Shown here piece after piece: positions 37,501-50,109 of a stretch of DNA of 64,000 nt. This DNA is from Marsupella aquatica. Its lineage: Eukaryota; Plantae; Marchantiophyta. Under the pieces are notes generated by a model that saw only the letters and a program-made list of their open reading frames with translations, had not been told where the DNA came from and did not search any database. Every line of letters starts with the position of its first letter. Positions within the stretch are counted from its first letter, which is position 1. The DNA is taken from positions 6,151,327-6,215,326 of the forward strand of contig OZ316897.1 of the NCBI GenBank assembly GCA_973895155.1, given 5' to 3'. Made by a program: the position numbers and the translations under genes.

Positions 37501-39185
37501 TACCTATATATGGATTATTACAAGTAGGCCGTCGCAATGGATTTCTTACCACATCATATGTTACTACCTCTAGTTCCTTCAGAGGGGAATCCTCCCGTCC
37601 CTGAATTGCCTGTATTGTCGGCCTCTTCTCTTGCCGTTGTTTGTTCAGGGGCTCCTCATCCTCCTCCAACGGTGCTGTGATCGGCATCCGTTCCTGTAGC
37701 GGTAGCACGGGTGCAAAATACTGGCTTCTTGCATATTGGCAAAGTAATTGCAGATGGTACCCTAGTTGGGATACCGCTCCTTCCCCAATACTCTGCTTCT
37801 CTTCATTTAATGCCTTCTTTAACTGCATTAAGAGATAGTCATTGTAGTCTCGACTTGAATCAATATTCTCCACCAAAAATATTTGGGCCTTGTCGATCTC
37901 TGCTCTTGGCAATGTACAATGTAGTGTGACTCTTAAGAAATCAATCAACTGCCCCACATGTGGATTAGTGGATTAGTGCATTAATTTCTAAAGAACCCAT
38001 TCTTAGTAGAGGGCCCTGGAAATGATCGGAATTGGTTATCCGGCAACGTCTTCCGCTGCTCCACCTTAGTTTTATTCCCTTGTGGAAGAGCAAAGACGGC
38101 TTCAATTAGTGTTGGCGTTAATTCCACCACCTTCCCATACATCAATGTCGTGCTAGAAGAAGCCTCCTAGCATCCCACAAAGTCTAATAGATCTTCATCT
38201 GGTATGTCAATTTACCGCCATGGCAACTGGATGAATCCCTCTAAGCCGGTGTTGTTCATGTATCCAGAATACTTGTTATTATGGATAGCACAGAAGACCT
38301 CATCTTCTTCTCGTGCAAACTGCAGTTGTAAGTCAGCAGGTAGCCTATCCGCCCAACCCGCCATAAATTTATCCTCTACTGCCCTATCTCAAACTGGCAC
38401 GACTTTGACCTTGGCCTGCCTCTCAGACCGGTTCCGCTTAGCTGGTGTTGCAAACGCCAAACTACCCGTCTGATTCATCTCTTCAGTCCCTGAAAACTCT
38501 CCAAGAATGGCCTCCTTGGTCCAAGCCAAAGTGTGACCCTTCAACTCCCACACCGGCTGCCCAGCGTTCTTAATCACCTCCCAAATTCCAACAACTCAAT
38601 TCTCTCTGATCAACAACTCGTCAAGCTCGGCACTGGTGGGAATCCATAAGAATTTCTCGAGTACCTCCTCTATTCCCACAAAAGTTGTCTTATGAATTAC
38701 CCATAACCACGCCAGCTCCACCCGTTCCCTTGCTGCTTGTTCCGGCTCGACGTCTTCATAAGTTGGTATGAGCTGCCGTGCTTCTTTAAGCAAACAGCCC
38801 CAAAACTTAGCCGCTTGATTCACCGTGGTCATTCCACCAAATGAAAGAGGAGCTTGAGCAATTCCCTACCCACCTCCCTCGATTGATCGGCAGTTGCTTC
38901 CGCCTCCCTAGGTCCCAATCGAACAAGAGAATGAGCGAGTATACAGAGTGTTGGTCCCCTCCCCGCAAAGCCGCCTCCTAATGGCTTGCGTGATCAAGCC
39001 TGGATTAGGTCATAACCCTAATCCCGCTTAATCGCGACCGTTGGATCCTACCCTATTGCAATCCTCCCCGTAACACATTGTAATCGGCTTCGGTCTTTAT
39101 TTCTACCTTATACTATCTACCTAATCTTTATTTGGTCATTATTTTAGGCTTAACTAGTACTCCGTGATCCTGGCAAGGCATCACA
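34591..39185 (-). mobile_element. Element B: uninterrupted 4595-bp solo-LTR-like coding unit inserted in element A
   Basis: Termini tgtggtgc...gcatcaca and a perfect 5-bp TSD agttg (34586-34590/39186-39190). No gag, pol, PBS or PPT. Confidence 0.9.
35492..38832 (-). pseudogene. Element B gene (~1110 codons if repaired): PMD/Transposase_32-like domain, conserved middle domain, long coiled coil
   Basis: ORF pieces 38596-38832, 38389-38577, 37349-37957, 36174-37448 and 35492-36004. Motifs shared with A: QL(Q/H)FAREED, PGPSTKNGF, IDFLRVT(L/M)HC, VSQLGYH, PGVRT, EYG(D/T)MCGLLAL. Confidence 0.8.
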
Positions 39186-39506
39186 AGTTGGATGTGTTGA
39201 GCTAAGAGGGCTCTTAGCGGCTACCCAAGCCGATTGGGCATCATTCCGGGGTCGGAATCCAAACATACTTGAAGGAAGACTGATAGAAGAGATGGAGGTG
39301 AGGCCTAGAATAGGCTAGGTACATATCTCATGACCCAATGAGGGATCTATCCAATATATGTGGTTAAAAAGTTAGTACAGTAGTGAGAGGAAAGCAGCGT
39401 CCCATGCTGATAAACCGTGGAATCGGCCTTGGCAAGCAAGAAACCGGTGGGAATCGGCTTGTTAAGGGAGGGTTCTTGGGTTTGGAGAGTCATGGGAACC
39501 ACCATA

Positions 39507-41494
39507 GGGGCACACCAACACGGGCCGGGTAATACATCACCGCCCACACAAACCTGGACCCGAGAAACGGCCCCATGCAATAGACAACACGGTGACACTG
39601 GCTTCCCTGGCACATGTTCTGACTGCAGTCGCACTACCCCTACCAGATAGGGAGGATTGGGAGATGTCCCCTTCTACGAGCCATCCCGGAAATAACTCTT
39701 GGGGATAGAAGAGGAAGGAACCGGTTGCAGTATCTAGTCTACCCGTGGCCGCCGTAGCTGTGGCCAAATTGACCATGCATCGCATGGGGGAGAATGTTCA
39801 CAAGAACATCCTCCATCCAAAGCATGCAGCGTATCTAAAGACCCAAGGGTTCAAGCATCTCGCCGCCCTCCCTTGGAATACTTGCAGGTACTATGGGCAA
39901 GACATGATGGAGTTCATCCAGAACTTTGACGAGGCCCGACAACAGACCCGTGCGCATGGACGGGTAATGTCCTTGAATGAGGAGCGGCTTATGCTCATTT
40001 TTGGCCTACCCAAGGGGAAAAATTGGGTGGAATCACGGGCAAGGGAGCAAAGTACCGATCCTCGAGCTTCCCATCCAAGGGTTTAGTGGACAATGGCTTC
40101 CTAATGAGGACGTGCCTCATACCGGAGATTGCGGAGCGGCTGGAATTCCAGCGGTATGCCCTCCACATGATGGAGCCGCGGGGCAAGATATCCGCCGCCC
40201 AGGTCATCCAGGTCAAGAACTATCGGCCTAGAAAGTGGGCCCCCTTCTTTGTCAAGAAGTTCCATGAGGAGATGGAGCGTCGAAGGAAGACCTTGTACCT
40301 TGGAGGGAAGGCGTACCTTGCAAGCCACATCAAGATTATCATTGAGTGGTATGCCCGCTTTGATCGCCAAACCTTTCCGCGGCTCAACGAGCCCAAGCTC
40401 ATACCATCCCAGTGGATCTTCCCGGCGCTCAAACGATGGCCGCAACCCAAATCTCTGGCCCCAACACTAGTAGGGCCCACCTCGGCCCCACCACAGGCCA
40501 TTGAGGCACCTTTGCTGGTGCCAGACTCAACGGTGATTGCAACCCTGGAGACCCTAAACCAGGCGCGCGCAACAACCGTTGAGCAAGAGGAAGCTGGCCC
40601 CATGGCCACGGCCATCAGTGCGGAGGGAACCGCGGTACCATCCGCACCAATGCCAATAGACCCTCTGGCTGGACGCCTTAGCCTTGCTAGCCATCCTGCC
40701 TCTGGGCTAGATGTGACCACTTCGACCTCTTCCCAAGTAGAGGTCTGCCCTTGCCCGAACCCAAGTGGGCACAGCTTAGTAAACCCAAAACTCTTTGCAC
40801 CGGGTACATATTTGAACGGGCTGTTGGGGGACTTCTCCCAACAGATTAGTTGGGAAATGGGGAGTTCATGGCCCGCAAGGTGGCCTATTTCTTCAGCACA
40901 AAGCTGGTGGCAGCGGTGAAAGCAGGACGGGCCTAGGCTGAAGCCACAACCAAGATTGAGCGGTATTGGGCTGAGGTAACCAAACTCTTGAATGAAGCCT
41001 CGGACCGGGATACCAAGTTACAATGCCTCCATCCTCAGCTTACAACCACTCTCGCCCAGGTCACCGACACTGAGGCCAGGTTAGCCTTGGCCGAGCAGGC
41101 CGGAGCCGGGAAAGACGCTGAAATTGCATGGCTCCGGGGCCAGATTGACAACCTGAAGGGACAAGCTATAATCTGGCAGAAGGACGTGGAGGAGGCCGAG
41201 GTTTGAGCTCAAAGGGATACCGCCAAGGTTGATGCACTAAAGACGGAGGTGGCACATCTTCAGCACGAGGCCGCTGTCCAGAACCAACTGGTGGCCAAGC
41301 TGACAAGCGACGGTCAGCAGTTGGAAGAGGCGTGTCAGGAGGCCGTAGAGGAGACGGACGCGATGAAGAGGGACAATGAGTCTCTCCTGGACCAGGTCCA
41401 AATCCTCAAGCAGGACGTCGACCGGCTGAGGAGGCAGCGGAATGGCCGATCCATGTCTCACTTGGGCGGATCTAATAAACAAGCCAGACATTAA
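39507..41494 (+). pseudogene. Element C gene, 3' part (PMD/Transposase_32-like + coiled coil)
   Basis: LPWNTC...MMEFIQNFD...HGRVMSLNEERLMLIFGLPKGKN and NGFLMRTC align with A's LPWL...LLEFVGSWD...YGRDFYLTSNVIAKVFGLPMGNK and NGFLRSTC. C-terminal heptad-rich ORFs at 40988-41494. Confidence 0.7.
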
Positions 41495-43109
41495 GTGGCA
41501 CCGATAGTTTGGAGTAGCTTAGGTTTAGTTGTAGAAGTAGGACGCTACCGACAAGCGCCAAAACTAGTTAGAGCGGCGCCGACCACCTTTTAGCGTAGTA
41601 TCTTAGGGTAACGACAAGCCATTTTAGCAGACAAACATTTAGCTAGGATTAGCATAGGTTAGAATTTGAGCGCGTGACCATTCTTGGCCACTGCTCTTAG
41701 TTAGTATTTAGTGCACCCCTGATAGAGGCAGCGGGAGCGGGGGGGATTTTAGGTTCAAAATCGGGTGTCCGCAGGATGTGCGAGGAGTCTCGGCCTTCTT
41801 GAATAGAAGTCCCAAGGATTGAGGGTATGACTAAGCTTGTTGGGCAAGTGCGGAGCCGGGCTCCATTGTAGTGTACGTCTCTTTGTCTTTGGCTTGAGTA
41901 TTCTGAAGAAGTCAAGTCAACCGTATATATGTGTATCACGGCTCCTGAAGTAAAGTATTTTCCCACCATTTCCTTCGTGTAAATCAAGCGTGTATATTGT
42001 GAATGTTGAGACAATTGTACATCTTGTATGCGGATAGAGAATGTTGGGTCGGATGCATTATACGAGCCGTGCACAGGGTGCAAGCTGCGGATAGCGGTTT
42101 CAGGCCTAGATTAGTTGTGGGGTTAGTTGCTTGTATTATCCGATCCGGATTGGAGGCGGAAAGTACAAAGGCTTAGAAGTCCTTAAGTCGAGGTCGATCC
42201 AACTATTGACTTGAGGTGCATTCCGACGGTGGAACACAAATGGTAATGGTAATGGTAATGTATTATAAGCTCCGGGACCATGAAAGTCAAAGGAGCTGCC
42301 ACAAAAAGTAAAGTACAATGCAATCAAAGAAAAGAGCAACCAAAAGAGATTGCTCAGAAGAGGACAACTATGTCCTCAAAGAAACTATGGACCTAGAGAG
42401 CCCTGAAAGATTTTCCAAACCTATTCTCCTTTCCCTATCCACCGCAAATGATACCGATGATATGGGTAACAATCGAATTTGGCATGTTTAGTGTCAAGTT
42501 AGAGGAATATAGTGTCGTACGCACGTCCCTCCTTGCTTGAACCTCAATACTAACGGAGTTTATGCCCGCCTAAGCCAAAATCCAAGTAAGGATGAAGCCT
42601 TCGGCGTGACAATGTTCTTAGGAGGAAGTCGTTGTTCAGGTTTTCAGATGACTATAATTTGTGGAAAAATCATGTTGGCTATCATAAAGTTAACCATACA
42701 TGACACTAAGTCCTAGATTAAAATTAAAATAACAATTCTAGTCATTAGAGTAATGGTTCTGACAATGTTAGTATGTTATTGAAGCCTCTTTCTCCATATC
42801 TATGGATAAGTATAACTGAGCTTTGCATGACAAGTCATTTTAATATCCCCAAAAGAAAATGAAACAAATAAATTATTTGAGGTTCTATTCAAATCCATGA
42901 TGATTCTTAATAAGAATAAAATAATATATCATAATAAAAAATAAAAATAATACACTCTCATTCCTCTTGGTATGACATAATTGGATAGACTAAAGGTTCA
43001 TTAGACCCATACTAGCAGCAGTAAACTAAAAACCAAAGTGGTGTATTAGATATTGTCGCATGAAAGGCTTGTCTAAAAGATGAACTCTAATAAAAAATGG
43101 ATTACAAGG

Positions 43110-46100
43110 AGTGGTGGACCTTGCCACCCAATGCCCTCACCAATCCTAGCACCCACGCCTAAGTGCCCTTGGTGCCCAAACACCTGCACATAACTCCTCG
43201 AGCAAACAACTTGGTGCCCTCAACACCACCTACGGCCCCTCCCATACAAAGCCGCACTTGTTCTCTAGCACGACCATCGCTCAACGGTCCTCATTGTCTG
43301 CACAAGCAACCAACCTGTCTGGTAAGTAACCCATAAGGATCTAGATCTCCCAAGTCTAGCATACTAACTCAAGCTCAATAGAAAATTGGTAAGTAGGTCA
43401 GCAATAGGTCCTCCCGATGCCATAAGCCAGAACCAGAACCAGAATCGACACCCACTGTTTGTCTAGAATGGCTTCTTCCTTGGGTGCAACCCGGGTTCCC
43501 CCTCGTACCTATCCATCACTAACAGACTGCCCTGCCCCCAGGACATGCTGATGGCCCAAATAGCGTAGCTTGTCCTAAAGTTTGTCCGAAGCTTGCCTCA
43601 ACAAGCCAGGACCAGAATGGCCCCAACTCTAGCAACCAACTTCCGGTTCTTTCTCCATTGATGGTATAGGGGCCAAGTGCCCTTGGAACTCAACCTCCAT
43701 GCCTACTTGGCCTTGCCTCCCCAACGCAAGCTCCCTTGGAAGACTGAATAAGGCTTGGCTGCTATTTCGGCAGGATTTGGCAAGCGGGCGAGATAGCCCT
43801 AGCAAACCCCAAGAATCCACGGTGTTCGGGGAACCGTTAATGGCGGTATGAAATACTAGTTTCTTACATAGTTTAGGGACTTTCTTACTTTCTTTTAATC
43901 ACATGTGTATCAGTTTTCTTAATGTGTTTCAATCCGAGTTAAGAGGTTCTATTTAGCATAATTTTTCCTTTCGTACTTTAGCTTCTTTAAAACAAACAAT
44001 TTTCTCTATTCAATCATTCTATTCCTTATTGGTTCAAGCTAAGGTGCTTTTTGTAGATAATAGATGGTTTAACAAAAATTGTTTTAGTTCACTCCTTAAA
44101 AATCAATCAAGTCATTTTAATTTTCAACTCTTATTCTTATTCCTTGTTTTCAGGATAGATAGAATTCACTCAATCTATTTTCAACACTTTTGCAACATCC
44201 AAGATTTTTCAGAAACACTCTTCTTTATTTCTTCTCCTTTTTATTCATTTTAAACCCTTTTAAGGTTTCGAAATTACAACATCTTTGTAGTCTACAAAGT
44301 CATTATTGTCGGTTCTTCCTCATATGGGGCTTCGACTCAGGTCAGGTCAGGTCTCCAGGTCAGGTTCAACTGGTCTTATTCACGGTTGCTTAGCTAATCA
44401 TCAATTGTTAACCCCAAGCACTCACTACATAACTTCAAACGTCGTCTTGCCTCTTTCTTCTCGGCTTCCTTTTCCTCCTTTTTAAGCACTCCATAATTCT
44501 TTCTTTCCTGCCCCATCTCCTTGTCCTCCCAATCCCAAAGGAAGAAGAATTTTCTCCCTGCCATCCTGCTTCCTTCCTCTAGGTTATTATTATTAATTTT
44601 TCTCCTTTTTCTTTAACCTACTTTAAGCCTGGTTCCCTACTTTTAAACTAAGCTTCAAAATTGCTTTTTCCCTGTCTTGCGCTTCTTTTCTCGCCCGGGA
44701 TACCCGATCGTAAGTGCTTATCCTCCCTCAATTCTCTTCTTCTTTCGAAAGCTCTCCATCTGAACACGCTTGCTCATTCACACCACCATTTTTCTTTAAT
44801 ACTCTGAGTCTCTTGGTTTTAATTCTTATCAAAGGGCGTTTACAGCTTGAACTCTGTCTCCTGAAAATCTCCAAATGTGCTCTTCTTCATTCATCAGGTT
44901 ACTTCCTCAATTTCTTCGGTACATTCGTCCTCTCTGCCCCTGCGCTTTGTTTCGCTACCTTTCTACTTATAAATCTGACTCTCCAAGTCGCTTCCCCTTC
45001 CTGCTTACTGTCGGCCGTTTTCCTCCTTATCTACTTTCGTTCGAGTCGATGGCGTCTTTGAGCTCCAGTGCCTCCCTTAGCAGCCTCCGGCATAGGAATC
45101 CTTGTTGTCAGACGAGATGACCGCGAAAAGAAGTCGAAGATTTTGGGCGAACGGCAAAAAGGGAAATGCTCTAATGGAATGTTTCAGAGCACGAAAACCA
45201 CGCTCTCACTCAATTGAAGCCTGGAATGGAAATGTGGGTTTGATTCAATCAGCCTTCTATTCCTCTCCGTTCCGCCTTCGCTTCGCTCCGTCCCTGAGAG
45301 CATTTACTGCTTGGCTTGCTTATCCTCGTACATCCGTTCACTCATTCCGGTTCTTCTCTTTATTCCCCCGATCCAGAAGTCCTCTTCGATCCTTTCTTTT
45401 CTCACCCTTCACCTCTCACCACTCGCGTTCCTTTTCAAAAAAAAGCTTTCACTCCTAAAAAAAAGTAAATTTCCTGCCTCCGGCTATCAATCTTCCTCTC
45501 CCTTACGAGCTCACCATAGCTTCTTCCTCTTGACATCAGCTTTTCATGAACTCCCTTCGATTCTCTTCCTTAACTGTCTATCACACTCTTTACTCTGAAC
45601 CCCTTGCCATCGTCAGAAATTCTCGTTCTCCTCTTTCTACCTCATCTCATCTCACGTCCCCGCCACCTCCCCTTCTGTGCACGCTACATAAATCACATGC
45701 TTTTGTTGCCAGCACCATCTCATCGCCGAATCTCATCACCATCTCCTCTTTTCTTATCAAATCGCACCTATTCAAAAGAAAAATTGCCCCCACTCCTTGT
45801 CCTTCATCGCTTAGAATACAGTCGAGATGAGAATTGCCTGTTCTCCGTCGCCTTTCTGAAAATCCTCAAATCTCCATCCACACCAATCAACTCGCCCGTT
45901 CCTTTCTCCTGAACCCCATAGCACGCGGCCACTTCCATCGACTTCTCTCCCTGAAGTCCACTCCAACGTCTTCTGCTTCTCGTAAATCCCAAGACCTCCA
46001 CACACACAACAACATTCCCTTTCGGTTGAATCTCACTCATCCATGTCTCAAGCTTCTAAGCATTCCAAAACGTCTTTCAACAGCCTCAACGATCGATAGC

Positions 46101-49100
46101 TCGGCCCTTTTCCTTCGCTCATCAAAAACCTCACCATCGCCCTCTTCTTCCAAGTTACTTTTTCACTCCAAAAAAATCCTGCCGCCCATCGAGCACACCA
46201 CACTCGACTTCCTTCCTCTTTTTCTCCACGCAAACTTCCTCTCTAACTTCCTTCTTTGATCGGCCGTTATTTTCCTCCCGATCCTCCTCTTCGCGTCTCA
46301 CTTTGAATCTGACCCTTATGAAATGTGCTCACAGGATGCCACGTGTCTCAACCACAATAATTGTCTCTTTTTCCTTAAGTCTAAGCTTCAACTTTCACTT
46401 GTTTATTCCTCTTTTGTCTTTTTGAACTTTCTCCAACACAACAAAACTCACTCCTAAACTGAATCCCTTCACCAAATATTTCCAACTCGAGAAAAAGGCC
46501 TTCACTTCCTTACCTCTATTATCCATCCCGACGACAATGGAACCCCAGACCAGCCAAGATCAGGATAATGTAGTTCTCCTTGAAAGCTTTCCAACGCACC
46601 CAAGAAGTACTCCAGCGGACTTCCCGTTGGGAAGTTATCGCCGCTTCCGTTTGGTGTTTTCCCTTAGTGTCGCGATTGCCACGGCCCACAACTTTGGCTC
46701 GCCCTTAGCCCCCAGGGAGACACCAGTCCCCTAATATATGCTTCTGGAGACCTGACACCCCGGATCTACTTTGGTTTAGGGTTTTGGCACCCCACTTGGA
46801 CCCAAACCCACATGTATGGGCGTGCCACCAACTAACAATGAATGCCCATAACTTTGTAGTTAGGCGTCCGCAAGCGGAGTGCCTTAGCCCGTTGTGATTG
46901 GGCCGACCCAGTGCTCATGCCTCTAAGGCCTTCAAGTCCTATTGTTTCCCAAGACCCCCAATCAACCAAACCCGGATCGGGCCGTAACTCGCGCCCCAAG
47001 CGTCCGTTGCCCATGGAGTAAACTCCATTTGCCTTGGGCCCAAGAGGAGCTCTCACCCAAGCCCTCAAAACTCAAAGATCTGGCTAACATGGTAACATGC
47101 CTATGCCCACTTCCTTGGGTGTCTCCAACATCACCAAAACCAGATTATCCTTGTGGGCCCATCGTATGATATGGTAGGGCCTCGTATATCTGGGAGCCAG
47201 CTTCCTACTTATGTTCCTGTGGCATTGCTCAGGTCTCAGTTGCAACCAGATGCTCTCCCCAATTTCAAAGCTTACTTGGCGTTAATGTTTATCCCCTTGC
47301 TCCTTGTACCGACTTTGGGCAAAGGTCATACCCTTGGTAGCCGCTTCCACAACTAGGCACCGCTCTTGAATAAAATTGTCCGCAAAAGGAACCTTGCTTT
47401 CTATCCGCCAAGCTTCTGGATTTATGAACTAGGAGGGTGCCCTTGGCGTCCTCCCTATGGCCAACACAAACGGCGCAAACCCCGTTGCCAAATGCTTGGT
47501 CGAGTTATACCTAAACTCAGCCATTGTTAAGTGCTTTACCCAATCCTTTTGATTGGCCATCACAAAATGACGCAAATAGTCTTCCATGATACCATTCACC
47601 CATTTTGTTTGGCCGTTCGTCTCATGATGATATGCTAATCCTCTAGTAAGGTCTGTGTTGGATAACCAGAACAACGCCTTCTAGAAGTGGCCTGTGAGCT
47701 GCGGTCAGACAGGATATGCAATGGCAATCCGCATTGTTGAAAGACATTGTCAAACACTAGACCGGCAACCTCTCGGGCTGAAATCATTTTTGTAGTCGGC
47801 AAGAAATACGTCATCTTGGAAAAAGAATCCATGATTGTTAAGATGGAGTTACTGTCGCAAGACTTAGGTAACCCCACAATGAAGTCCATGGAGATGGACT
47901 CCCATGGAGCCACGGCTACAGGTAAAGGTTGCAGAAGTCCTCCTTTTGCCCTATATACTTTTTGGTTCTTTTGGCACGAGTCACAACTTTGCACGTGGCG
48001 AAGGACCAATTACTTCATGTCTAGCCAGTACACATCTCGCAACATACTACGGTACATAGCAGCCTGTCCGCCGTGACCACCCCAGGGCAAGTTGTGGTAC
48101 TTTTGAAGAACCTCATGTCTTAGAGACTCTAGTATGTACATACACCTTTGCTTGTATCGCCATAATTGGACATCATGCGTGGCATCCAACCCCAATGAAA
48201 TGTGCCTCACCTTGCCTTGGCTACCCCCATAACTGCTTTGTCATTCCTTGGCTAACCTATCATCCCCATACGCCTCGGCCAGAATCTTCGGCCACTCAAA
48301 TTTGAGCATCGTGATCCCATTGACACTATTTTGGACGGTCTTTACGCGATAAAGCGTCAGCTACCGTGTTTGTCTTCCCAGGAACGTGACAAACTTCAAA
48401 ATTGAAATCCGCCAAGAACATCTGCCAATGCATTTCCTTGGGGTTCAACCCTTGGCTTAGAACTGATCGGCGAGCTATCTGTGTGTATTATCACATTGGG
48501 ACCGTTCTTAAGGTAAATCTCCCACTTCTTCAACGCATAGATCACCACATACATTTCCCTCTTCGGGGTGATCCAATGATTTTCCAACTTACATGACTCA
48601 AAGGCCACTGGACACCCATCTTGGTGTAGAAAGGCGCTAATGGCATAATCACTTGCGTCTATCCAAATCTTGAACGGTTTCCCCATCTTAGGTAACTTTA
48701 GAATTGGCGGCGTTATCATTAGTCGCTTGAGTTCTAGGAATGCTAACTCACAATCTTGTGTCCACACAAACATTTTGTTTTTTGTCATTAGCGCATTTAG
48801 GGGCCTCGCGATCCTTGCATAGAATTTCATGTATCTCCAATAGAACCCCATAAATCCTAAGAAGGCCCTAATTTGCCTTACATTGGATGGGCGTTCCCAT
48901 TCTTTGATCTCCTTAAGCTTGTCCTAACTAGGCGTAATCCCCTCCGGGGAAAAGGTATGGGCAAGGAACTAAATCTCATTCATTGCAAACTTGCACTTAC
49001 TAGGTTTAGCAAAGAGACGAGCCTTACAAAGGCAAGAGAATACTTACTTGAGCAATTGCTCAATCATGTTCCTCGAACATTTTTGAGTAGATCAGGATGT

Positions 49101-49910
49101 CATCAATAAAGACTACCACTCCTTGGTCCAACAAGTCATGAAAGATGGTATTCATCATTTTCATAAATGTTGCAGTTGCATTATACAACCCAAATGGCAT
49201 AACCAAAAACTCGTAGGATCTGAACCTTGTGCGCAATGTGGTCTTATACTTGTCTCCCTTAGCCATGCAGATTTGGTAATACCCAGACCGCAAGTCCACC
49301 TTTGAAAACTTCTTAGCTCCGGAGAGGCAAGCAAAGAGGTCATCCATATGAGATAACGGGTACTTGTTCTTTACCGTTTGCTCATTAAGGGCCCCAGTAA
49401 TGTGCACACAATCTCAAAGTACCATCCTTTTTGGACACAAACAGCACGTGCGCCAATAAGGACTCTTACAAGGACAAATGAACCCTTGGTCAGTCAACTC
49501 TTCCAAGGCGTTCTTCAACATCATTTGTTCATTCAGGTTTAGACGGTAAGGAGCTTTCTAAGCCTGAGGAGCCAAACCTGGCTCCAACTCAACTTGGTGA
49601 TCCACTTCCCTCCGTGGGGGGTAAACCTTTAGGTAGCTTCTACGAGAGCACGTCATTGAATTCCTCTAAAATTTTGGAAATTTGACCGTAGTTGGGCCCA
49701 AACTTACTTGACTTAGCTTTTGGCTGTTTAGCAGCCTCCTTAATCGGGTGGAGATGAAAGAAGAAGCATTCTTGTCCACCCTTGAAGTCCTTCCACCATT
49801 GCTTCGCCAATACACACGGAGACAACCATGACATTTTACTTACTTGGAGAAATCTTTCTTTATTTTCGGTAATTTTGTGTACAACCATGGGCTCACCGCC
49901 CTTATCAAGA
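43110..49910 (-). mobile_element. Truncated, more diverged second copy of the chromovirus family (partial PR-RT-RH-INT + partial 3' LTR)
   Basis: LTR end gtccaccact at 43110; LTR homology at 43110-43822 and 46537-47077. A deletion near 47077 removes the chromodomain, PPT and LTR start. Pol fragments at 47429-49972 closely match 28900-31680. Confidence 0.92.
43823..46536. mobile_element. 2.7 kb TGT...ACA insertion (probable solo LTR) inside the second chromovirus LTR
   Basis: Termini tgttcgggga...tcccgacgaca, flanked by acgg/atgg (imperfect 4-bp TSD). The host LTR sequence resumes exactly at 46537. Confidence 0.75.
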
Positions 49911-50109
49911 AAGGGGAATTTACAAACAACAGCAAACAGGTAATAGTAATAGCGAACAGTATTTGCTACCAATGAATAGTATTAGGCTACTAGTGAACAG
50001 TGATATAAAAAACCCAAGACTAAAGAAGCTTTTGGCACTACTGACATAGAAAGTGAGAGGACCAAAGTGGCCTAGAATGAAACAGAACAAAATGGAAACA
50101 TAACTCATC

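Larger units (their letters stand above)
4264..39506 (+). mobile_element. Element A: solo-LTR-like coding unit (~4.77 kb net), interrupted by the chromovirus and by element B
   Basis: Starts tgtgatgcc (same terminus as B). Ends ...ggttcttggg...gggaaccaccata, homologous to B's end gggaaacgcaccaca. TSD gggga/ggggc (4 of 5 match). Confidence 0.8.
3126..42611 (+). mobile_element. Element C: outermost solo-LTR-like coding unit (~4.2 kb net), interrupted by element A
   Basis: Its ORF is split at 4263/39507 by A. The right end ...ggcgtgaca (42611) is followed by atgtt. The left end is degenerate (atgct|ttacgct), so the left boundary is tentative. Confidence 0.5.

Noticed and set aside
34790-39280. 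Long terminal inverted repeats of a DNA transposon (34800 vs 39270)
   Set aside because: Explained by homologous 3' regions of elements B and A lying in opposite orientation.
44029-46259. Numerous Phe/Ser/Leu-rich ORFs
   Set aside because: By-product of pyrimidine skew.
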